Part shown: piece by piece, positions 7,391 through 19,300 of the stretch | How the letters are laid out: the number at the start of each line of letters is the position of its first letter | Position numbering within the stretch: the stretch's first letter is position 1 | Assembly: GCA_024276825.1 (NCBI GenBank) | Contig: JAJRWI010000028.1 | Coordinates: forward strand, 1-30,717 | Direction: 5' to 3' | DNA from: an archaeon | GTDB lineage: Archaea; Asgardarchaeota; Thorarchaeia; Thorarchaeales; Thorarchaeaceae | Length of the DNA: 30,717 nt | Translations under genes and position numbers: made by a program | Notes under the pieces: model-generated | Seen by the model: the letters and a program-made list of their open reading frames with translations, nothing else | What the model was told of the DNA's origin: nothing | Database searches by the model: none

Positions 7391-9313
7391 ATGTCCTATG
7401 TTTATATGCGAGCTTTGGAAACCGCACCTGAAAGATATGATAAGGGAATTGGTCTGCTCGGTTGGGGCCAGCTTGATAAAATCAGAATCCAGATTGCTGA
7501 TGAAATAGCATCGGTTGCCAGCAAAGTTCTTGAGATTGGTGTTGGAACTGGCACACAAGCATTATTGCTAGCCAAACGAGGGCTTAATGTTACGGGTATC
7601 GACCATTCAAGTGCTATGTTGGCAATTGCACAGAAAAAGCTAGATCAATTGCGGGAGAGTGATCCAACAAATACAGAGTTAATAAATCGTATTACGCTGA
7701 AACAGAAGGCAGCAGTGCAGCTCGATGAGTTTCCTCCAGAGTCATTTGATGTAGTCACTGCCACACTTGTGTTTTCTGAGCTCTGGGATTCTGAGCAGAA
7801 ATATGTTCTTGCTAATAGCTATCGATTGCTTAAACCCGGTGGTCTTCTTGTCTTGGCCGACGAGGTAATTCCCGCCAGCCGTGTTAAGCGACTATTACAT
7901 TGGATAATTTCAGCACCATTGAAAGCATTTACTTACCTTCTGACTCAGACTTCAACAAGACCCGTTCGAAATCTTAAGCAAATGATTGTTTCAGCAGGTT
8001 TTGAGATTGTCCGTATTGATTGCTATCAGCTTGATTCATTTCAGGTCATCATTGCAAAGAAACCCGAAATATCCATTCATTCCAAGGCTGGCATTGTAGC
8101 CGAAACCATCTCCCCGCCCAATGACGGATTGATTGCAAAGGTATGGCAAACAGCTGCACGAATGATTAGACATCCGACAGAGATTGGATTGCTCCCAGTG
8201 AATGATCCCACCTCTGATTCTCCTGTGTTGTGTACCTGCAATTTCAAGCTCACTGTGAGTCGACTATACAGCTTTCTGAAAGACAATCAGGTTGATGCGT
8301 GGATCTTGGTCGCGCCGACCGATGGAATAAATGTCTGGTGTGCTGCTTGTGGTGGTGATTTCAATGCTGGGTCTGTAATAACTGCGATCAAGATCTCTGG
8401 CTTGAGCGAAAAGGTCACGCATAGAACTATTATCCTTCCACAACTAGCTGCACCTGGAGTTGACCCAAACGAGGTCCGGAAGATCACTGGTTGGAACTGT
8501 GTCTGGGGGCCAGTTCATTTTGATGGACTCATAGATTTTCTACATGACTATCCGAAGTCAATCAAGAACAAGTCTGAACAACAAAGAGCTGTCATGTTCA
8601 AACTCCCATTTCGTCTTGAGATTGGTTCTGCACTTGCCTTTCCAATGTTATTGATTCTTGGAGTTCCCATTTCTCTCATCCTGTGGTTTTATCAATTGAC
8701 CTTCTGGATCGTCCCAATGTTGCTATGCATCTTGATTTACATATACGGACTGTTTGTCTTTTGGCCACACATTCCCGCTTTTCATGGTACAAGAAAAGTA
8801 GCAATCTGGACTGGACTTGTTTTCACTGGCTTAGTAATACTATCTTGGTTCTCTACCGATGTTATGAATCTTTACAGCCCAGCAATGATACCATTCACTG
8901 GCATTCTTGCATCTTTGAACCTTTGGCCTCTCTATATATTGACTGGTCTTTTATCAGTGGTCATCGTGTACGATGCTGATGGTCTGACCCCGAATCTAAG
9001 ATCATCACTACTGGCTCGGAGTTGGAACAAAGGCAAACTCAAGGTTATGGAGCGATGGGGTGTTTCATATGACCTTGCACCCTATGGCAAAATCTCTCTA
9101 AATTCTGAAATATGTAATAGCTGTGGTATCTGTGTGGATGTATGTCCAATGATAGTTCCTCAATTCAACATGGATAGTAAGAAGGTTATTCTTGTTCATC
9201 CCGAGATATGTGTGAACTGCCGAGCATGTGTGCTCAGATGCCCTGCAAGGGCATTATATCTCGAACCTGAAACTGAGGCTGCGCGACTGGCATTGGAACG
9301 ACTCCAGCAATAG
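7391..9313 (+). CDS. Fusion of class I SAM methyltransferase, HgcA/CdhD-like corrinoid domain, TM helices and 2x[4Fe-4S] ferredoxin (HgcAB-like)
   Basis: Methyltransferase motifs VLEIGVGTG, FDVV, LLKPGGLLVLAD. HgcA-like motifs SPVLCTCNFKLT, AWILV, GINVWCAACGG, HRTIILPQLAAPGV, WGPV. About 4-5 TM helices. Ferredoxin motifs CNSCGICVDVCP and CVNCRACVLRCP. Confidence 0.92.
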   Translation: MSYVYMRALETAPERYDKGIGLLGWGQLDKIRIQIADEIASVASKVLEIGVGTGTQALLLAKRGLNVTGIDHSSAMLAIAQKKLDQLRESDPTNTELINRITLKQKAAVQLDEFPPESFDVVTATLVFSELWDSEQKYVLANSYRLLKPGGLLVLADEVIPASRVKRLLHWIISAPLKAFTYLLTQTSTRPVRNLKQMIVSAGFEIVRIDCYQLDSFQVIIAKKPEISIHSKAGIVAETISPPNDGLIAKVWQTAARMIRHPTEIGLLPVNDPTSDSPVLCTCNFKLTVSRLYSFLKDNQVDAWILVAPTDGINVWCAACGGDFNAGSVITAIKISGLSEKVTHRTIILPQLAAPGVDPNEVRKITGWNCVWGPVHFDGLIDFLHDYPKSIKNKSEQQRAVMFKLPFRLEIGSALAFPMLLILGVPISLILWFYQLTFWIVPMLLCILIYIYGLFVFWPHIPAFHGTRKVAIWTGLVFTGLVILSWFSTDVMNLYSPAMIPFTGILASLNLWPLYILTGLLSVVIVYDADGLTPNLRSSLLARSWNKGKLKVMERWGVSYDLAPYGKISLNSEICNSCGICVDVCPMIVPQFNMDSKKVILVHPEICVNCRACVLRCPARALYLEPETEAARLALERLQQ

Positions 9314-9664
9314 TTTACATTGAAATAATACATTGAATTATGCCAAAGAAAGAATAATAGCGAGTTAATCCCTTCTAAATATTCGGTTTTCAAGAGAATT
9401 GCAGGGTGGTTTAAATAGTTTCATCAGAAATCAAAGTCTGAATTGTGCCCAGTGCCGTTCATGGAAGGACAGGACTTTAATGTCCAAGATTGTGTCCAAT
9501 TTACAATAAACGGTTGTGGTTGAACTCAAATGCATGTGCGGATTCTGAGAGGCTTCTAGTGAACTTAGTCGCACACATATCAAGCGATGAGTGGACGGTC
9601 TTAATCCAGTCGCAAGAATTATAGCAGAGCACATTTAAGAGAAGGCCAAGAGAAAAGCTCCTGA

Positions 9665-10678
<1,014 letters not shown>

Positions 10679-10700
10679 GAGTCCCAGTAGGGGCTCTTTT
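10679..10700 (+). terminator. Hairpin plus T-tract immediately after gap
   Basis: GAGTCCC-AGTA-GGGGCTC (7 bp with one G-U pair) followed by TTTT. Confidence 0.6.
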
Positions 10701-10716
10701 CCATATTTTCGTGAGT

Positions 10717-10732
10717 GAAATCACTTTAATAG
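10717..10732 (+). promoter_or_regulatory. Putative archaeal BRE-TATA promoter of the amidohydrolase
   Basis: GAAATCAC-TTTAATAG, ending 31 nt before ATG 10764. Confidence 0.5.
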
Positions 10733-10763
10733 TAAAATGGCATTTCGATTTCTGTGAAATGTC

Positions 10764-11957
10764 ATGAAGGCCCTAGTGAATGGTACATTATTTTGCCCAG
10801 TAAATGGACTGATTAAGAATGGTGCAGTACTGTTTGATGAGAGTAGAATCATAGAAGTGGGTTCATCGGTGAATATTCCGTCCGATGCAGAGATCATAGA
10901 TGTGGAAGGCAAGTTCATTGTACCTGGATTCATTGAGGCTCATGCTCACCATGGTCTATTTGATGGAACAATTGGGCAGATGGGCATGGATGGAACTGAG
11001 ATGACTGCTGCCACCACCCCTGAAATGAGGGGAATCGATGGATTCAATCCACATGAACCTTCGCTCAAAGAGATCGTACGCGGTGGTGTCACCTGTATTA
11101 ATACGGGCCCCGGTTCTGGAAATGTGATTGGTGGCGAGTGCCTTGTGTTCAAGCCCACTGGTGCTCCAGTAGTAGACCAGATGATTGTGATGGCACCATC
11201 TGCCCTTAAAGTCGCATTGGGAGAAAATCCCAAGCGGGTACATGGCTATGAGAATAAGCGAACGCCACAGACAAGAATGGGTGTGGCGGCATTGTTGAGA
11301 AAAACATTCACAGATGGCCAGCATTACCTTGAAGAATGGACTGCATTCGGGGCAAAAGCTAGAGAGGCAAAGGAGAAGGGTGAAGCAGTGCCACCCCCGC
11401 CCAAGCGAGACCTCGGTATGGAAACAATAGCCAAAGTGCTCAAAAGGGAGATCCCAATTCATGCACATGCTCACAGAGCTGATGACATTGCCACAATACT
11501 TCGAATTGCAGATGAATTCAATATCAGAGTGGTGTTAATTCACTGTACTGAAGGTCATAAGATTGCGGATTATATCGCCGAGAGAAATGCCCCAGCGGTG
11601 GTTGGTCCAACAATTCTCTGGGCAAGTAAAGCAGAAACTCGTGAGAGAGGCTTTGATACTGTGATCACTCTTGTAAAGGCGGGTGTGAAGGTCGCCTTGC
11701 AGACTGATTCATTAACGCCAATGGAGTTTTTCCAGTTATTGCCCATGTATGTCATCAAGCATGGCCTGACCAGAGAGGAGGCTCTTCGTTGTGTCACGAT
11801 GAATCCAGCTGAGATCTTAGGCATTGAGAAACGAGTAGGCTCTCTGGAACCCGGCAAGGATGCTGACATTGTCGTCTGGTCAGGTAATCCCTTCGAGTTC
11901 TATTCAAAACCAGAAAGGGTATTCATAAATGGCAATGAAATCCAGATGGAACAATAA
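10764..11957 (+). CDS. Amidohydrolase superfamily metal-dependent hydrolase (imidazolonepropionase-like)
   Basis: PGFIEAHAH (HxH motif), KVALGENPKR, HAHRADDI, IHCTEG, NPAEILG, GSLEPGKDADIVVW. Confidence 0.93.
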   Translation: MKALVNGTLFCPVNGLIKNGAVLFDESRIIEVGSSVNIPSDAEIIDVEGKFIVPGFIEAHAHHGLFDGTIGQMGMDGTEMTAATTPEMRGIDGFNPHEPSLKEIVRGGVTCINTGPGSGNVIGGECLVFKPTGAPVVDQMIVMAPSALKVALGENPKRVHGYENKRTPQTRMGVAALLRKTFTDGQHYLEEWTAFGAKAREAKEKGEAVPPPPKRDLGMETIAKVLKREIPIHAHAHRADDIATILRIADEFNIRVVLIHCTEGHKIADYIAERNAPAVVGPTILWASKAETRERGFDTVITLVKAGVKVALQTDSLTPMEFFQLLPMYVIKHGLTREEALRCVTMNPAEILGIEKRVGSLEPGKDADIVVWSGNPFEFYSKPERVFINGNEIQMEQ

Positions 11958-12151
11958 CTTCGAGATCTTAAACAATTCAGCAATGAACCATTTCATTCAT
12001 TACAATATGAAAAGCTATATGCCCACATACAATGGCTGTTACTGATGCCATAAGGATGTAAATGACCGGGTCTCTTACTAAAATAGCAAACAGGATAATC
12101 GAGCGACATCTCACATAGACCTTAATCATATCAAAAGGGGAGTATTCCAAT

Positions 12152-13234
12152 CTATTTCAGGAATGGAAACGCCTGATACAGCAGCTTATTGATTCGCTCC
12201 TCATCGAAACCCATTTCCATGTCAGTGCCCTTCATGGCTCCAATCTCTTTTGATATCATATCTGCAAAGGTCTTTAGTGATCGAATCAGCAATAATGATG
12301 ATCTGTCGACCAGAGCGGTGACAGCAAACTCTTGCTCAGGTTTGTTCTCTATAAGGATGACTCTGTCTCCGGTCTCGATCTTGGCCAGTTCCTTTATGCT
12401 TCCTGATGACTCTTTAATCACAATTGATATTGCAGTCAAGGCTGAAGCAAGAAGGTTTGGTTCAATGTCAACATCTTCATTGCCATATGAAAACAGGTTG
12501 ACTCCAGAAGTGGCTACGATTGAAACATTATAGAGTTCAGTGGGAATTCTATAGAAGTATTCTAGGTCAGTCAGCAATGCGATCACAATTATTCCAATCA
12601 TTGCAATACGTATCATATCTGTGGCAGATTCAGTGTTGATCCCCTGAAAGACTTGGATTCCCAAATAGTTTGGGAGATCATAGGTGAAAATCACCGGGAT
12701 ATATGACACAGCAATTACAAGCAAGGCAACACTCAAGAGAAGACTGCGAAACTCTGGGCGCTTCTGCTGAGCCGCAAAAAACACTTTAGCACCATAACCA
12801 AAGATGTACATTCCCAATAGACTGAAACAGACCTTCCAGACAAGATATGACAGGTTTCCCTCGGCCACAGGATTTGAAATAGTCACCAGACCAGTGACCA
12901 GCTGCGTGACTACAAGTGCAATTGCAACTGACATATAGTGCCATGGGGGACTCTCATGTCTCATAGACAGGAAGAAGAATCCCAATATCGCAAAAACGAT
13001 ACTCCAAGAGGTCAATACAAACCATTGAAGCAGATTAGGTCCGAGACCAAATATGTCAATTTCCGGGCCTGCTTTCATCATGTTGGCGATTCCGGTCAAT
13101 GTGCCTAATGCAGTGGCAGTCTTGATATAGTACACTCTACGACCAGTCTTTCTCTCACGAATCCAGAAAAGGAGAGTTATAAGAAAGAAGCCTGTAAAAA
13201 GGCCCAGCCCAACCAAAAACAGATTAAGATCCAT
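12152..13234 (-). CDS. 7-TM membrane protein with C-terminal longin/roadblock (profilin-like) domain
   Basis: Seven hydrophobic segments in aa 1-222. Then LYNVSIVATSGVNLFSY...NLLASALTAISIVIKE...LAKIETGDRVILIE...FAVTALV, the beta-beta-alpha-beta-beta-beta-alpha pattern of Asgard longin-like domains. Confidence 0.75.
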   Translation of the reverse strand: MDLNLFLVGLGLFTGFFLITLLFWIRERKTGRRVYYIKTATALGTLTGIANMMKAGPEIDIFGLGPNLLQWFVLTSWSIVFAILGFFFLSMRHESPPWHYMSVAIALVVTQLVTGLVTISNPVAEGNLSYLVWKVCFSLLGMYIFGYGAKVFFAAQQKRPEFRSLLLSVALLVIAVSYIPVIFTYDLPNYLGIQVFQGINTESATDMIRIAMIGIIVIALLTDLEYFYRIPTELYNVSIVATSGVNLFSYGNEDVDIEPNLLASALTAISIVIKESSGSIKELAKIETGDRVILIENKPEQEFAVTALVDRSSLLLIRSLKTFADMISKEIGAMKGTDMEMGFDEERINKLLYQAFPFLK

Positions 13235-13363
13235 GGCAGCACCACCCTATAATGTGAATTTCTTGTTCTTATTCTTTCACATGATGTATTGAATAATGAA
13301 CGATGACTATGCGTTGAGTTCCCATAACGCAATCATCCTTTGGATTAATCCGTAGTGAATAAT

Positions 13364-16300
13364 TCATGCTGAAGATCGTCTTCTATATATGATCACAACG
13401 ATAATCACGATAACTGCAGAAGCACCTATTACCATAGATATCGCAAATGTGAACTGACCACCAAGGAAGTTTCCAATTCCTGGACCCACAGTTGTGTTTG
13501 TTGTTGGAGTTTCAGTGATTGGTGTGGTTGTGGTTGTTGTAGGAGTTGATCCGAGTTCATTTACAATGACCAAGACAATGTCCGTCATTGAATTACCACC
13601 GATGTCGAACACTTCAAGCATATAGACATAGCCGCCAGCAAGGTGGTTGTCGACATTGATATAGAAGCTCTCGCCTGAGGCATTCCAGAAACCTGCTTTC
13701 ATAATTACTCCATCGCAGGTTATCTCGTATCTATAGGGATGGTCATCGTAAGCCGTCCAATTTATGGCATGGCCCGTTTCACCCTCTGTATATGTGACAT
13801 CTGGCGGTGAGCAGATGGTTGGAATAGTGGCATCCATCACACTGACAATAACCGTGTCGCTAACAATGTTTCCACCAATGTCGTTCAATGAAATGGTGAA
13901 GTTATAAATGCCCACACTCAGTACGTCCACCGAAATACTGACATTCCAACTCATTTCAGTCCATATCTCACTGAGAATGAGCTCTCCATCTCTGTATATT
14001 TGATACGAAACTGGATGGAGGTCATAGAATGTCCAAGTAATGAAATATCCCGTGTCACTCTCGTTATATGTGATGTCCATGGGAGAGTCTACGATTGGAG
14101 GAGTGCCATCATACACATCTACAAGAACAGAATGGATGCTTGTATGATCAAGAACATCCCATGCACGAATGCAGTAATTATAATTACCAAGATCATGACT
14201 ATCAATTGAGATCTCAATCCATTGATCTGTTGAATTCAGAAACCCACTGTGAATTATCGTGCCATTCAGAAATATCTCATACCCTGCAGGGTTCGCATCC
14301 ATCACATGCCAGCTAATTGTGTTCCCTGTTGTTGTTTCAGCATATGACCCGTCATCTGGGCCCCCAATGATTGGACTTGAATCATCAACAATGAATACAA
14401 GACTGACTGCAGCTGTATTCCCTGATTCATCACTTGCATTAATATTGAATACATGCTCACCTTCAATGCTTGGCAATGTGAGTGTGTATGGCTCGACAAG
14501 GACCGTCCAGTTGCCTTGATCAACTCGAATCTGAACAGTTGTCAGATGGATGTCAGTGATTGATAAGTAGACATTGGTCCCGCTCTCATGCACCGTAGCA
14601 TTGGAAGGTGATATGAGAACTATTTTTGGAATGGTGTCATCCACAACAAACACATATTTCATGTCCACATAGTTGTCTGCCTCATCAGTTGCATTGACCT
14701 GAAGGAACCATGTTCCATCACCTGAAGGCACAGGAATACTATACGGACTCGAAACCACTCCCCAGAAACTCGAGTTCCAGACATATCCAACAACCACCGA
14801 GTTTGCATCATTCACATCAATGTCAATCACATGGCTACTTCTGATGACTGAATTATTCGCTGGTGCAATCAGACTGATTGTTGGGGCCGTATCGTCAACA
14901 GTCCAAACAAATAGAATTTGATTCACATTATTGACGACATCTTCTGCTCTTACTCTAAGAATATGCTCACCGTCGCCACTGGGTATTGTTGTCGTGTATG
15001 GTGTGGTTATTCCCACCCAAGTGCCACTGTCCCATTGGACCTCAACAAGATTGAGATTAGCATCAGTGACATTCAGAAACACATTGATTCCTCCATGCTG
15101 AACAGTTGAATTGTTGGGGCTCACTAACTCGATGTAAGGTGCAGAATCATCAACCTCAAACTGAAACATCTGGACCTTATTATTGCCTGCAATATCCACA
15201 GCACTCACGTACAATGTATGAAGTCCATCGCCTGATGGTAGTGTCGTGTCATATGGGCTGGCCCACACCTGCCAACTATCGGAGTCCCAATGAAACATCA
15301 CTTGTTGCAAGTGTGAGTCCGATATTGATACATCTATGTCAGTCCCTGATTGTTGTATGGTGTTGTTCAAGGGGGCAACAAGAATGATTGATGGAGTTGT
15401 ATCATCAGTGATGAACTCAAATAGGGCAAATCTATGGTTGCCAGCCTGATCAACTGCATCAATCTCTAGAGCATGATTGCCATCGCCAGTCTGAAACTCG
15501 CTATTAAATGGGCTCAGAAAGAGAGTCCATACGCCTCCATCCCAGCGATAATAAGCAACATCCAGATTCTCATCATTGATGTCAATGTCAATGGTGTATC
15601 CACTCTGGTGAACCGACTCATTTGCAGGCGAAACCAATGTTATTACTGGAAGAGTATCATCAGTAGTGAAGTGATAATCTACCAGTTCATAGTTTCCAAC
15701 AAGATCGGTGGCGTTTATAGATAGCACATGTATTCCATCGCCCGCTGGCAGATATGTATCGTAGGGGGCGTTCCATATCGCCCATGAGTTGCTGTCCCAT
15801 TTATACATCACAAAATCAAGGTCGGTGTCTTGAACTGAAACATTGATGAGTGTGCCACTCGCACAGATCGAGTTGTTTGTAGGACTATTTAGGATGATTA
15901 ATGGTCTTGAGTCATCAGTTGTGAACACATACTTTTCGAGATTCCAATTACCAACGCTGTCAGTGGCATTCACATAGAGCACATGCTGGCCATCGCCAGT
16001 TGGTAATGATGTGTCATATGGGTCTGGAAATGTTGCCCATGCTTCACTGTCCCAATGGTAGACTGCACTATCAAGATTGGGGTCATCAATTGTCAAGTCA
16101 ATAATGGTTCCACTGTGATGAATGGTGTTATTAGTTGGTCCCAGCAGAGTGATTGCAGGTGCGGTATCATCGGTTTCAAAGACACATCTGGAGAGTCTGA
16201 AGTTTCCTGCATAATCTGTAGCATTAATGTATAGAGTATGCAACCCATCGCCTGCTGGTATGGTTGTTTCGTATGATGCATTCCACACAACCCAACTGTC

Positions 16301-19300
16301 TGTGTTCCAGTGATATTCAACCGAGAGTAGATGATCATCATTTACTTGAACTAAAACAGTTACTCCACTGTTTTGCACTGTGTTGTTCGCAGGAGTCAGC
16401 AGTATTATGTCTGGAGCAGTGTCATCTATTGTGAATGAGTATGTCTGATGATTCCAGTTTCCTGCGTTATCGCAAGAATACACATTCAGAGTGCTTAGCC
16501 CCTCACTGAGTCCAGCAGTACTGATATCCCATGGACTGTTCAATGTGTTGTTCGAGCCCCCATTCCAGTTGTACAATGCAGAACTCAGTGTGTTGGTATC
16601 AAAAATATCAAGATCTATAATGGTGCCAGACTGGATGATAGAACCATCAGTGGGCTCATAAAGTGTGATGATTGGAGCAGTGTCGTCAACGATGAATGTG
16701 AATGAGCTGGTTCTCGTGTTTCCAGCATCATCATATGCGTATGCATGAAGAACATGAGTCCCCTCAGATAATCCACTCACTTGGATATCATAGGGGCTTG
16801 AGAATGATATATTGGACCCACTGTCCCATGCATATTGTGCACTATTGACGCTATTAGAATCAGTAATGTCTAGGTCTATTATAGATCCCGATCGAATTTC
16901 GGAACCATCAGCTGGCGAACTTAGGATAATAGTTGGGGCGGTATCATCAATTATGAATGTGAATATTGATGTCTGGATGTTTCCAGCAGCATCCTCAGCG
17001 GTAATGTGCAATATATGTGATCCTTCACCAAGCCCTGATGTGTCAATATCGTAGGGACTATTGAGAGTCTGATTAATACCGCCATCCCAACTATACAAGG
17101 ATTGCTGCAAGGTGTTGTCATCCAATATTGAAAGGTCTATGACTGTACCTGATTGTATCTCCGCATTGTCTGCTGGACTGTTCAATGTGATAGTTGGAGC
17201 GATATCATCTATTATGAATGTGTATGTGCTCTTTGCCCAATTACCAGCCAAGTCCTCCGCATAAATGTGAAGTAAATGACTGCCTTCTGAAAGACCCTGT
17301 GTATCCACATCGTAGGGGCTACTCATAGTCTGGTTGGCATTGCCATCCCAGTTGTACACTACTTGATTGATGGTATTATTATCAGATATTGAGAGGTCTA
17401 TGATTACGCCTGATTGAATCTCTGAACCATCTCCCGGACTGTTTAGAATAATGGATGGTGCTGTGTCATCAATAGTGAATGTATACGTGACATATCTAAG
17501 ATTCCCCGCGTTGTCCTCTGCATAGACTCGGAGTGAGTGGTCTCCCTCATCGAGTCCTGCAGTGCTGATATCATAGGGACTAACAAGTGTCTGATTGACA
17601 CTCCCATCCCAGTTATATGTGACCTGTGAAATTGTATTAGCATCATTTACAGATAGATCAATGAGTGTTCCTGATTTTATCTCAGAACCATCAGCAGGAC
17701 TGTTCAGTGTGATTGTTGGTGGTGTGTCATCAATCACATAGGTATATGTGGCCTTTGCCCAATTATCAGCTGCATCTCTTGCATAGACAGAGAGCGTGTG
17801 TGATCCCTCATTCAATGTTGAAGTGTCAATGTCATAGGGTACAACGAGTGTGTTGTTTTGCCCACTATCCCAAGCGTATAGGACTTCAGACAATGTGTTA
17901 ATTTCATTGACATCAAGATCAATGTTTGTGCCAGACTGGATTTCAGAGCCATTATTTGGTGTGTTTAGAACTATGTTGGGTGCGGTGTCATCGATTGTGA
18001 AATGAAATGTTGCACCCTGCCAGTTTCCAGCCTCATCTCGTGCATATGCATAAAGCACATGGGCCCCCTCTGAAAGCCCTGCTGTTGAAACATCGTAAGG
18101 ACTGGCTAGAGATGAGTTAGCATTGGTGTCCCATGCATAGAGCACTTGATTCAATGTGTTGGACTCGGTGATATCAAGGTCTATAGTCACACCTGAATTG
18201 ATCTCCGCGTTGTCAATTGGATTCACAAGAGTGATAGTTGGTGCTGTATCATCAATGATGAATGAATATATGGCTCCTTGCCAATTACCTGCTACATCCT
18301 GTGCATACACATGCAGTGTGTGAGTGCCCTCGTTTAGATTAGTCGTATCAATATCAAATGGGCTTGATAAGGAGATATTGGAACTGCCGTCCCAATTATA
18401 CATGACTTGTGATAGCGTGTTGTCATCACTAACTGTAAGATCCACTATTGTTCCGCTCTGAATTTCTGCTCCATCAGTGGGACTGTTCAACACAATGGTT
18501 GGGGGTGTGTCATCAATGATGAAGCTGAACGCGCTGTATCGCCAATTACCAGCCTGATCCCTTGAATAAACATTGATAGTATGAATCCCTTCAGACAACC
18601 CTGATGTGCTCACATCATATGGACTGTTCAGAGTCGTATTGCTGGAACCATCCCAATTGTAGAGTGTTTGATATAGGGTATTCACATCGCTTATTGACAG
18701 ATCGATTTCAGTCCCTGACTTGATCTCTGCTCCATTAGCAGGACTGTTCAACACGACAGTTGGAGCAGTGTCATCAATAATGAACGAGTATATTGCACTC
18801 TGCCAATTCCCAGCATTATCACGCGCATATACATTAAGCTGACGAGTTCCTTCCAGAATGCCTGCGGTGTCAACATCATACGGCGTATTGATCGTTGAGT
18901 TTGCAGCACCATCCCAGTTATAAATCACTGTGTATATTGTATTAGTATCGTTGATTGAGAGATCTATCGTGGTTCCTGATTTTATCTCAGATCCGTCTGC
19001 AGGAGTGTTCAATGTAATAGTTGGTGGTGCGTTGTCAAACACGAAGGTGTAATTCACAATTACCTCATTTCCAGCCATATCGGTCGCATGAACAGTGACA
19101 TAATGCTGACCCTCACTAATTGCACTCGTATCAATATTATAGGGACTGGCTAAAGCATAGCTAGAATTTGACATGCCATCCCAGTAATAATATGTCTGGT
19201 TGAGTGTATTAGAATCTGAAATGTCGAGATCAATGAGAGTCGCTGATTGTATCTCCGAACCATCACCGGGACTATTTAGAGTCACAACCGGCGCAGTGTC

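Noticed and set aside
7391-8065. Methyltransferase domain as arsenite methyltransferase ArsM or as UbiE
   Set aside because: The domain has only one Cys, whereas ArsM needs several. Only generic class I motifs are shared with UbiE.
7391-9313. Calling the gene hgcA/hgcB (a true mercury methylator)
   Set aside because: It has a fused architecture, the cap helix lacks GK, the ferredoxin lacks C(M/I)ECGAC and the terminal cysteines, and tested fused homologues did not methylate Hg.
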